This document shows positions 21,611 through 32,307 of a DNA stretch of 64,000 nucleotides, piece by piece. Position 1 is the first letter of the stretch, and each line of letters starts with the position of its first letter. The notes under the pieces were generated by a model. That model was not told the DNA's origin, ran no database searches, and saw nothing but the letters and a program-made list of their open reading frames with translations. The position numbers and the translations under genes were made by a program. Origin of the DNA: Parachlamydiales bacterium (GTDB lineage: Bacteria; Chlamydiota; Chlamydiia; Chlamydiales; Rhabdochlamydiaceae); NCBI GenBank assembly GCA_027459675.1, contig DAIDHO010000006.1, positions 1,509-65,508 of the forward strand. The letters are read 5' to 3'.

Positions 21611-21802
21611 ATACCATTCGCAATAAATAAATTCATATTTGACCGCGTCGGTTTAGCAACAAATTTTTAGCCTTCACTTGCGCCTTGCCATTCGGCAATG
21701 GTCGTGTGTTCCAGGCACAAAAATTTGTGCTGCCTCCTCCAGCAAATTTGGAATTGCTAGCCCCCTCGTCGAATTTATGAATTTATTTCTTGCGAATGGT
21801 AT
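21611..21802. mobile_element. 192-bp MITE with 26-bp terminal inverted repeats
   Basis: ATACCATTCGCAATAAATAAATTCAT versus right-end reverse complement ATACCATTCGCAAGAAATAAATTCAT (25/26); nested internal inverted repeats. Confidence 0.85.
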
Positions 21803-21814
21803 ACTTTCAAAGTA

Positions 21815-23698
21815 TCATGCCTCAGAAATTTTAATAGCTTCTTTTGGAATGGAAATATTGAGCTTATATGCATTAGGACCCTTTCGTTGTCTTAAAGAAT
21901 TAATATTGTTGGAGGAAAGGCCAGGGATCCTATCAGTAAAAACAGCTACCATTTTTTCAATTGCTTTGGCCCCTACAGCCTCTGCCATACTTTTTTCTGG
22001 CTTGGTAATAAAAGGAATTTCATCTAAATCTGTTCCTAAATGTATTATTCCATTCTCTTTAATGTCTTTTGCAGCTTTATTCGATACAAAACGATAAAGG
22101 ATAGGTGGAATTCCGTTATTCTGGAACTCACCGTTCTGTATGGCTTCCGTTCTCTCTTTATTAGCTTTTTTCCCTAGTTTTTTCTTGTTTTTTTCAACCC
22201 GATTCTTTTTTCCAATTTCAAATTCCGTTGGCTCTTCTTTATAGGAAATCCTATCGAAACTCACTAATTCAGAATCTATTGAATCAAAAACTCTTTCAAA
22301 TCCTTGAAATAAATTACCAGTGATCACTCCAGTAGACAAACTCTGAACCAAAGAAAGAGCTACAGTATTCACAGAGTCTGTCGACTTTTTCCATTTGTAG
22401 GGCAAATCGATATTTGATGGATCTATCGATTCTACCCTGATTGATGCTTGCAAACGACTTATTACATCATTTTCATATGGCTGAAATTCTTTCCGTAGGC
22501 CTAATCGGCCAGAAATAACTTTCTCTGATACAATTTTCCCATCATTCAAAATAATTCCCGCATTGTTTAAATCCTCCCAAATTTTATCAAAAACCTTTGG
22601 GTCATTTTTCTTTAGAGAGTCTAAATTTCCTATATATAAACTATTTTTAGGAATTGTAGTAAGCGATGGAGTGTTTTGCATACGTTTGGTTATGAATGCT
22701 CGATAAGAATCCTCGTATTTACGTGTATTTTCTTTTTCAGACTGGGCTAAATACATTTCGTCTAATGCCTTTGAAAATCCTTCTATTGGATCGAAGGTTT
22801 CTGAAGCAATGGTTCCCACAAGATAGAGCTTGCCTTTTCGTTCAATTGCAATAGGTCCACCAGACATTCCTGAAACCGCCACACCATCAATATTAAATTC
22901 CCCATTCTTCCCTATAGAGGATATGTGGCCCGTATGAAGATGAGCATCCACTTTATTGAATGGATAACCACCAAAATAGACTTTCTCTCCAATTTTTAAC
23001 TGAGCATTTAAAAGGATTGTAGGTGAATTCTCAAAATGAGCTTCATGCAGATCATTTAGTATAAAGAGAGTAGTAGAGCTGATGTTATATGATTTCAACC
23101 TATTTAGGTAAACTGTTTGTTTCCCTAGATAAGCAATCTTGCCAAGTTTTGCGACATGTTCAACCGTAATGAGAACCATGCCTAATTTGTCAACGTTCGC
23201 AACGACAGCAGATCCTTTTTGGTGATCACTTGCAATAAGAACAATGCTCTTATGAAGAATTTCAAAAATAGCAAGTTCATCCAGGGAAAGGTCTCTCTGG
23301 GCATCCAATTTGCTCGAATCTGCTTTCTCTATTAAATCGAAAGGAGTTTTAGATCCGAGTCTTTTGGCATTCTCTATAGATATAAGATGGCCATAAAGGC
23401 CCGCCTGCTCATATTAAAGCAAGGCTTCTTGAGGTTGTTTTTGCAACTCAAAAAGCTGACCCAGCTCAAAGTAAAGAATTGTTAAATAAGGTTTAATCAA
23501 GTATTGATCTTCGAGTTCGGAAAATTGATACCTTGCTCCAACTTCATTAATAATGCTTTTGTAGTACAGAATTGAATCAGAGAGGCTATTAATTCGTTGG
23601 TCTTGAGCAGCGTTTCTTGACTGGATATACCGTTTTCTTCTAGGGGTTAGATGCCTTATTTCCTTAATATCAGGATTAAATGGATTCACAGCATGCAT
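21815..23698 (-). pseudogene. Sel1/TPR + trypsin-like serine protease + putative ART-type toxin domain protein, split by one in-frame TAA (23414-23416)
   Basis: ORFs 23414..23698 and 21815..23308 are in the same frame and the 35 intervening codons are open (YEQAGLYGH...). Protease motifs TVEHV, GGYP, GMSGGP; SD AGAGGA before ATG 23698. The downstream 497-aa ORF could still be expressed from TTG. Confidence 0.75.
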
Positions 23699-23775
23699 TT
23701 TACTTCCTCTAAGTTAAATTTTAATTTATCGTAATATGTGTACCGACACTCATTTTTGAAATACAAAAGTACATC

Positions 23776-23807
23776 AAATCGACTGAGCTTTAGCTTAAGC
23801 AAGAGAT

Positions 23808-23810
<3 letters not shown>
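23776..23810. repeat. Truncated long-form copy of the palindrome/MITE family
   Basis: AAATCGACTGAGCTTTAGCTTAAGCAAGAGATCTA matches the right end of 34980..35074; its terminal TAG is the eno stop. Confidence 0.85.
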
Positions 23811-25792
<1,982 letters not shown>

Positions 25793-25802
25793 AAGAGCCT
25801 TT

Positions 25803-26612
25803 ATGATGACACAATCCCGATTCAGGAGCAAGATTTTGTGGAGTGCTTGTGCTTTGGCACTCTTTCTATGGGGATGGCACTACGCATATCACAGCAAAGT
25901 CTTCGGTTTTTCAGTCGCAAAAATTACCTCCGATTTTTCCTGTCGTGCTGAGTGGGAGGCCCCTCCTTTGTCGGAGGAAGAACAAAAGCGACTGAATCAA
26001 ATTTTATCGCAGCCTTTCCATTACTTAGGCGCGGGGTCTCAGTCGTATGCCTTTGTAAGTCAAGATGGAAAAGCGGTTCTTAAGTTTTTTAGAATGAAGC
26101 ATCAAATTTATCATCTCAAAGATCTATGGAGGGGCGACCGTTCGCAAGAAAGGAAAGAAAATCTTTTCTCTATTTATGATTCGCATAAACTAGCCTTTGA
26201 AGAGATGAAAGAAGATGCAGGGCTCATTTATATTCATTTAAATAAAACGAACCATCTGCATAAAAAAGTTCAAGTGGTCGATCGACTTCATCGTACGTAT
26301 TGGGTCGATCTAGACAAAGTCGAGTTTGTACTCCAAGAGAAGGCGGAATTGATTTTTGATCGGCTGAAGTCTCTTATGCAACAGAATAATAAAGCAGCTG
26401 TCAACGATGCTCTAGTTCAATTTATGTATCTTATCAGACGCCGGATTGACAAAGGAATTGCCGACCACGATAAAGCGGTGAAGCATAATTTCGGTTTTAT
26501 AGGCGATCGGCCCATTCAAATCGATGTAGGGCGTATATATCGAGGGTATAAACCCAAAGACTCCGAGAGAATGCTAGAGCGGATAGATCGATGGCTCGAT
26601 CAACAAAGTTAA
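25803..26612 (+). CDS. Membrane-anchored protein-kinase-like fold protein (paralog 1)
   Basis: N-terminal TM; YLGAGSQSYAF...VLKFF; DHD...NFG...IDVG. Confidence 0.7.
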   Translation: MMTQSRFRSKILWSACALALFLWGWHYAYHSKVFGFSVAKITSDFSCRAEWEAPPLSEEEQKRLNQILSQPFHYLGAGSQSYAFVSQDGKAVLKFFRMKHQIYHLKDLWRGDRSQERKENLFSIYDSHKLAFEEMKEDAGLIYIHLNKTNHLHKKVQVVDRLHRTYWVDLDKVEFVLQEKAELIFDRLKSLMQQNNKAAVNDALVQFMYLIRRRIDKGIADHDKAVKHNFGFIGDRPIQIDVGRIYRGYKPKDSERMLERIDRWLDQQS

Positions 26613-27391
26613 CCTTCCTTACACTCCTTATTTTAGGAGGAGGGTTTTATTTTTTCTTATCTCCATCCCCTCCTCCTTTCTTTTCCCCGGAAATGATTTC
26701 CTCGTCTCTTAAGCCTCGCCCTCAGTGGGCTATTGCCCCTCTTGCCTCGGATGAAGCAGAGAGGGTCCGCTCTATTTTATCGCAAAAATTTACGTTTTTA
26801 GGAGAAGGAGCTCAGGCAATCGCATTTCAAAGTGAAGATGGAAAATATGTTTTAAAGTTTTTCAAAATGCGACGTTTTACGCCTTCATGGAGTGACGAGC
26901 TTTGCCCACATGTGGTTCGTCGGCGCTTTCGTAATCTACACTGGGTCTTTAATGGATATAAAAATGCTTACCAAGATTTGCGCAAGGAAACAGGCCTCAT
27001 TTGGATCCATCTGAATAAAACAGACAATCTTCACCAAACCATTCAGGTCCATGATCGAGAAGGCCTCTGCTATCATCTTGATGCCGATTCAACCGAGTTT
27101 GTGATCCAAGAAAAAGCCGAGCTCATCTTCCGCTATCTCAACCGTCTTCGGAAAGAAGGAAAAATGGGGGAAGTTGAAAAAGCGATTGCTTCGATCCGAT
27201 CTCTGATTCAGCATCGTATCAATCAAGGCTATGCAGATCGGGACACTGGTGTGAAAAATAACTATGGCTTTGTGGGAGATCGTCCTATTCACCTCGATAT
27301 AGGCCGTCTTTACAAAGGGCAGAAAGACAACCAACTCGAACGGATGGAAAAAGCTCTTGAAGAGTGGAGATCTAAAATAGATATGCCATAA
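26591..27391 (+). CDS. Membrane-anchored protein-kinase-like fold protein (paralog 2)
   Basis: N-terminal TM; FLGEGAQAIAF...VLKFF; DRD...NYG...LDIG. Confidence 0.7.
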   Translation: MARSTKLTFLTLLILGGGFYFFLSPSPPPFFSPEMISSSLKPRPQWAIAPLASDEAERVRSILSQKFTFLGEGAQAIAFQSEDGKYVLKFFKMRRFTPSWSDELCPHVVRRRFRNLHWVFNGYKNAYQDLRKETGLIWIHLNKTDNLHQTIQVHDREGLCYHLDADSTEFVIQEKAELIFRYLNRLRKEGKMGEVEKAIASIRSLIQHRINQGYADRDTGVKNNYGFVGDRPIHLDIGRLYKGQKDNQLERMEKALEEWRSKIDMP

Positions 27392-27422
27392 TTGCGCATT
27401 AATCACTTATGCCCCATTAGAA

Positions 27423-27444
27423 AACCTGCTTTGCTTGAAAAAAT
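27423..27444 (+). repeat. 22-bp intergenic repeat (inverted exact copy at 61299..61320)
   Basis: AACCTGCTTTGCTTGAAAAAAT. Confidence 0.8.
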
Positions 27445-27457
27445 GGATGATTTGTTT

Positions 27458-27486
27458 TAAGGCTTTTAGTGACGCAAGGGGCCTTA
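27458..27486. repeat. Variant short copy of the palindrome family
   Basis: TAAGGCTTTTAGTGACGCAAGGGGCCTTA; its reverse complement shares CCCCTTGCGTCACTAAA with the left end of 7007..7094. Confidence 0.75.
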
Positions 27487-27487
27487 T

Positions 27488-30217
27488 TTAAACCACCTTA
27501 ACGCATATAATTTGTTTATTAACCTTGTAATCTGGAATGCTGAAGTGCGCCCAAACGGTGGCAATAAGAGTATTATCGGATAAATCGCATACTTTAAAGT
27601 AGGTCACAAGTTCAAGCGACGCTGTGCCATGGCCCGCCTTCAAATGGAGACCTGAATTTTCATCTTTATACGTCCTTTCCGCATCCATTAGGAGAGTATA
27701 CTGAAGTGAACTATTATTGAATAAAGGCTGCAGCTTTTGGTAAAGATCCGCTCCGATGGTTTGGTTATAGGCAGAAAGAATTTTCCAACCCTCTATAGAA
27801 TTGATTTGTTGTTCCTGTAATTTTTGAATTAAAAAATTTGGAACTTCTTCAAAATTTACTTCGCCTTTTTGATGCTTCGGATTCAGGAGCGTGTTATTAT
27901 AGTGCATGTATTGGCCTTCCAGGTCTCTTTTAATTTGATTAGAAATAAACCCTTGAGAGTTATTTTTCTTGATGCAATCTTCAATAGTATTCATCTCTAA
28001 ATTGCATTGAAATCCTGTTTTTTTCATCTTTTCTATAAAATTGTTATATTCTTGCTTTGTATAGCTCGTGTTTCCCCTCGGGTCTAAATCTTGTTCCAAT
28101 TCAGTGACAATGTTAAAATTTCCCTCTATTCGGTTGATTGGATGAGATTGTATTGCAATGGCAGAATTAAGAACGTCTAGAACATGCTGGATTAAGATAG
28201 CGCGAGAGTGCAAGATGGCTTGCTTTTTGACAATCAAAGGAGCTGCAACGATATTAACCATCAATTGCTCCAGTGCTGTACTTAATTCCTCCTGAGAGGA
28301 ATCAGCAAACTTACCCGTATGGTAGAGATGCAGCAGAACGAGGGTGGCTTTCATAACTCCGCCGCGGTCAATATCATCTTTGCAGAGGGCTTCTAAGTAA
28401 TCAATATTTGCAGAGTCGCATATATAGAGAATCATTTCCGCGTATGTAAGAAGATGAAAAGCTTGGAACTGTCCGAGAGTCTCGAGGTTTTCATGTGCGC
28501 TAAAAAACATCTTCTCAATATTTTTCATACACTCAAGCGCCTTATCTCGTGTGAGGAATGTATCTTTCAGTTTAGCAGGGATAAAAAAGCTTTCTTTCTC
28601 ATCAAAAAGTTGATTACAGAATTTCTCTTGGACAGCGCTTAAATTTTTTGATGCGTAGTTGGGTGGTTTAAAGTAAGTTCCATCTAAACGGAGAGCAAGT
28701 GGAAAAAAGTTTGTATGCTTATCACCCAGCGCAAGGCGGGCTTGTACGCGGGCGCTCTCGTCCCCATGCGATTTTATCTCTCCATTTTCTAAAATGACAT
28801 GTAAAATATTTTTACCTTTCTCTTTAGCAGCCAAGATAAAGGCGATATAATCAGGATTAATTTCAGGAATACAATTTCCATTCGGTCCCCACACGGCACG
28901 TCTCAAAGGGGCCCATGCTGATTCAGAATGATGAATAGGAACCCCATGCCTTAAGATAACGATGGTTTTCTTCTTTCTTTGCAGATGTCCGTAAATATAA
29001 GGAATATTACTGCCCATAAGAAAATCTTTTTGATTCAAATGACCTTTTAGATTTTCTAAAGTTCTTACCAAATGAGGAAGGCCTTCTGCGGGAGAAAGTT
29101 TTTGAAGCTCCTTATTGCGACTTTCTAATTCATTCCAAAAATTTTGTAATGTGATAGGTTTCTTAAAAGGACCTGAACTCTTTTCAACCAAACTCTTGCA
29201 ATAGCCGTAGAGTTTAATTCCTGCAAAACGGTTCAGTGCTAAAAATTGGATCCAGTTTTTATATTGAATGTCACACTTTGAATCGTTCTGGATAAGGACT
29301 TGGGCTTCTCGGAGTATCCTAATGAACTGTTTATGGCGCTCTTGTATTCTTTCTTCAGTCTTTGGGGTATTGGTAATAATATTATACAGTTGGATGCATT
29401 TTGTATATAGCTCACTCTTTTTCAGAATTCTTTCAATTGCCCCATAAAGCTCCATTCCCTCACTTTCTTCCGATACAATTTTTGAGTAGTGGGCAAAGAT
29501 GTGTCGATACTTCATCTTTTTTGGAAGCGTGTCAACTCCTACGATTGTTTCCTTACACCTTTCGTAAAGGGAGGGCTTTTCTGATTTGATAGAAGAAAGA
29601 TCTGGATTCTCTATGTTGACAAAACTTTCCGTTAGATGTTTCTCTGTAGAGGATGTTGACGCCGAAGTTTGTGAAGAAGGTGTAGGGTCTGTTGGTTTCG
29701 AATCCTCTTGCGGTTTAGGTGGTTCTGATTTTGAAATGTCTGAATAAGATGTAGGAGGTGTTCGTTTCGAATTCTCTTGATGTTTAGGTTCTTCTAGTTG
29801 TGGAATGTCTGGAGAAGTTAGAGAGGGTTTTGGATCCGAATTCTCTTGATGTTTAGGTTCTTCTGATAAATTAGATAATTGGAGGTCGTAGCCCAAATGT
29901 GGAATAAGAGAGAGAAAGAGATAAGTCGACATTGCAGCCACAAAATAAAGGCTGTGGAAAGCATTTGTTGCATCTGTTTGACACTTTTTCATGCAATTTT
30001 GGAAATTGAGAGAAACAAGAGCTGTTAAAGGGCGGGCGGGAACACTAAGCCCATAGAAGAACACGTTGAACATCGATAAACAGATGGCACCCGTCGCATA
30101 CCCATACCGTCCTCCCCATGTGACGGTTTCAGGTGTGACCACTTGCTCGAAAAGAGATTTCACCCTTTTGGAAGTTAGAGGAATGTGTTGCTGTATATTG
30201 TTTAGAGAAATTTGCAT
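27488..30217 (-). CDS. Large hypothetical protein, putative CX5R phosphatase effector with 23-aa repeats
   Basis: 909 aa; N-terminal hydrophobic segments; Pro/Ser-rich repeats; LCKDDIDRGG motif (CX5R at 28364-28384). Confidence 0.65.
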   Translation of the reverse strand: MQISLNNIQQHIPLTSKRVKSLFEQVVTPETVTWGGRYGYATGAICLSMFNVFFYGLSVPARPLTALVSLNFQNCMKKCQTDATNAFHSLYFVAAMSTYLFLSLIPHLGYDLQLSNLSEEPKHQENSDPKPSLTSPDIPQLEEPKHQENSKRTPPTSYSDISKSEPPKPQEDSKPTDPTPSSQTSASTSSTEKHLTESFVNIENPDLSSIKSEKPSLYERCKETIVGVDTLPKKMKYRHIFAHYSKIVSEESEGMELYGAIERILKKSELYTKCIQLYNIITNTPKTEERIQERHKQFIRILREAQVLIQNDSKCDIQYKNWIQFLALNRFAGIKLYGYCKSLVEKSSGPFKKPITLQNFWNELESRNKELQKLSPAEGLPHLVRTLENLKGHLNQKDFLMGSNIPYIYGHLQRKKKTIVILRHGVPIHHSESAWAPLRRAVWGPNGNCIPEINPDYIAFILAAKEKGKNILHVILENGEIKSHGDESARVQARLALGDKHTNFFPLALRLDGTYFKPPNYASKNLSAVQEKFCNQLFDEKESFFIPAKLKDTFLTRDKALECMKNIEKMFFSAHENLETLGQFQAFHLLTYAEMILYICDSANIDYLEALCKDDIDRGGVMKATLVLLHLYHTGKFADSSQEELSTALEQLMVNIVAAPLIVKKQAILHSRAILIQHVLDVLNSAIAIQSHPINRIEGNFNIVTELEQDLDPRGNTSYTKQEYNNFIEKMKKTGFQCNLEMNTIEDCIKKNNSQGFISNQIKRDLEGQYMHYNNTLLNPKHQKGEVNFEEVPNFLIQKLQEQQINSIEGWKILSAYNQTIGADLYQKLQPLFNNSSLQYTLLMDAERTYKDENSGLHLKAGHGTASLELVTYFKVCDLSDNTLIATVWAHFSIPDYKVNKQIICVKVV
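29657..29863 (-). repeat. Three 69-bp (23-aa) intragenic tandem repeats
   Basis: EEPKHQENSDPKPSLTSPDIPQL / EEPKHQENSKRTPPTSYSDISKS / EPPKPQEDSKPTDPTPSSQTSAS. Confidence 0.85.
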
Positions 30218-30268
30218 GGCTTAATAATTTTTCATAGTTTGCCAGGCAATTTTACATTAATTTAATAT

Positions 30269-31522
30269 TTATTTCCAAAATAAAGATTTCTTTAATAAAT
30301 CAATTATTTGATTCCTATCTTCAATTTCATAATTAATAGAAATTTTTTCAGCTTCCTTTAAAAGAACTCCGAGTTGTTTGCCTGGCTTAATCCCTTCAGC
30401 CAGAAGATGCTCAGCTCGGACGATAGGGTCCTTTGCTTGGATTCTATGGATGGCGTGCCTGAGTTTGTGCTGGTAATGGGTGTGTTCTTGTAAAAATTTT
30501 TGCTCGATTGTGCTTTCAAAATGGCAGGCAATAATCTCTAAGACAAGGGGTGCCTGGGGATGGGCATAAAATTGAGCCCATTCGATGGGTTCTAATTTTT
30601 TTTCCCAGTCCATGGGAAGACCTAGGAGACGCTTGGCATGAACGTAAAATTCGACAAAAGAATGATCGTGTTTGGAGATTTTAAGCGTTTCACACACATC
30701 CCTTGCCTCTTGGAGGGAGCAATCAGGGAAAAGTTCAAGCAATTCTGCAATGGTTGGAGCATTTTTTGGAAATTTAGCAATAAAACGAACCCGCTCTTGG
30801 ATTTGCTTTTCTGTGAGTTCTTTGAGTTGAGGGAAAATGGTAGGCAGAAGGTTTAAGTGGTGGAGCGTAACAAGACCTGTATCAAAATGGGCAAATTGCG
30901 ACATTTTTTTGAATTCTTGCCAAATGCGCTCCATCGCAACAGCCGGAAGCAGAGTAGGGGCTAGCTTTTTAATAGATTCAAGTGTCGTGGTTTCAATAGG
31001 AAAACCAAAACGGGTTGAGTAGCGGACAGCCCGGATCATGCGAAGGCGATCTTCTGCAAACCTTTGAAGAGGATCTCCAATTGCCCGAATCACCCCTTTT
31101 CGAATATCGTCTAGACCGCCCACATAGTCATAGAGTTGGTGGGTCAACGGATCATAAAAAAGGCCATTGATTGTAAAGTCTCTTCGCTGGGCGTCCATTT
31201 CAGGAGAAGCAGGATCGATCCCTGTCGGTCGGCGGCCATCGATATAGCTGCGATCTTTTCGGAAGGTGGCCACTTCGAATTGATGGGAGTCGATGACGAC
31301 AATGACAATTCCAAAAGCGACTCCTATGGGGATGGTTTTAGGGAAAATAGATTGCACTTCTTTCACAGTTGCAGAGGTGGCAATATCAATATCATCCGAA
31401 GGGTGTTTCATGACAAAATCACGAACCCATCCTCCAGCAAAGTAAGCAATATGCCCCGCTTGGGACAACATTTTAACGACGTAAACAGCAGCGCTTGCAT
31501 GATCCATACGTAGAATTCTCAA
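30269..31522 (-). CDS. tRNA nucleotidyltransferase (CCA-adding enzyme) / poly(A) polymerase family
   Basis: GGWVRD, DIDIAT, EVATFR, RRDFTINGL, EDRLRMIRAVR. Confidence 0.92.
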   Translation of the reverse strand: MRILRMDHASAAVYVVKMLSQAGHIAYFAGGWVRDFVMKHPSDDIDIATSATVKEVQSIFPKTIPIGVAFGIVIVVIDSHQFEVATFRKDRSYIDGRRPTGIDPASPEMDAQRRDFTINGLFYDPLTHQLYDYVGGLDDIRKGVIRAIGDPLQRFAEDRLRMIRAVRYSTRFGFPIETTTLESIKKLAPTLLPAVAMERIWQEFKKMSQFAHFDTGLVTLHHLNLLPTIFPQLKELTEKQIQERVRFIAKFPKNAPTIAELLELFPDCSLQEARDVCETLKISKHDHSFVEFYVHAKRLLGLPMDWEKKLEPIEWAQFYAHPQAPLVLEIIACHFESTIEQKFLQEHTHYQHKLRHAIHRIQAKDPIVRAEHLLAEGIKPGKQLGVLLKEAEKISINYEIEDRNQIIDLLKKSLFWK

Positions 31523-31597
31523 TGTATTAATGCCTCATTATACATTTTAACTAAAGAAAATAGCACCCTTGTGGTATGGTTCTGAAAAAAAAAGGAG

Positions 31598-31798
31598 TTG
31601 TTTATTATGTCAACAAAGTTAAAAGCGTTTATTGGGGTTACATTATCATTTATTGTTTTAATTATTCTTTTTACTTCGAATCGAGGTTTCCGCGCGGCAC
31701 GCCTTGCTGAAGAAGAAGCTCACAAAAAAGAGAACGCATGTGCAGCAGGTGAAACGTCTTCCTCACAGTCTCTGGAGGCTTCAGAGCCGGTTCTCTAA
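31598..31798 (+). CDS. Small single-TM hypothetical protein
   Basis: SD AAGGAG; one hydrophobic helix and a charged tail. Confidence 0.55.
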   Translation: MFIMSTKLKAFIGVTLSFIVLIILFTSNRGFRAARLAEEEAHKKENACAAGETSSSQSLEASEPVL

Positions 31799-31856
31799 AA
31801 ATTAGTTTGATTTAATAACGATTCAGCATAATATACACTGAAATTTTACTTATGAG

Positions 31857-32213
31857 GTGATTTTGGACTTAAAAAATTTTATTACAGAATCGTTATATCA
31901 AATCGTAGGAGGCATTAAGGATGCCCAAAAGAAAATCGCAGCCTCTAATTACGAAAAGGCATCGGACTTTCAGTTAAAGATGTCAGAAAAATCAAATCGA
32001 CATAATGTCTATTTCGATATTGCATTGACAGTTGTAGGGGACCAATCGGAAGAATCGTCCCCTGCGACATTGCGTGTAATGGGATTATCGAATATTAGCA
32101 CGGAGGGGGAACAACCGATGCCGATTGTGAGCCGCATTAGGTTCTCCGTATCCTTGATTTATACCCAGGCCTCTTTTGATAAAAATCCTTTTTTATCTTT
32201 GAGTTCGCATTAA
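31857..32213 (+). CDS. Trypco2-like (trypsin co-occurring domain) protein
   Basis: LDLKNFITESLYQIVGGIKDAQ...VYFDIALTV...VSRIRFSVSL pattern recognised by eye. Confidence 0.6.
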   Translation: MILDLKNFITESLYQIVGGIKDAQKKIAASNYEKASDFQLKMSEKSNRHNVYFDIALTVVGDQSEESSPATLRVMGLSNISTEGEQPMPIVSRIRFSVSLIYTQASFDKNPFLSLSSH

Positions 32214-32227
32214 ATCCGATTTTATAC

Positions 32228-32255
32228 TAGACCTGTGGCTTAAACTAAAGGTCTA
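32228..32255. repeat. 28-bp quasi-palindrome family copy
   Basis: TAGACCTGTGGCTTAAACTAAAGGTCTA. Confidence 0.85.
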
Positions 32256-32307
32256 ATAGATTCCCTTAAGATACAAAAGAAGTGCGTCTTCAGCTATATT
32301 ATGAAGG

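Noticed and set aside
21678-22097. 139-aa plus-strand ORF as an antitoxin or immunity gene
   Set aside because: Starts at TTG inside the MITE, lies antisense to the protease-toxin gene, and has no SD or recognisable motif.
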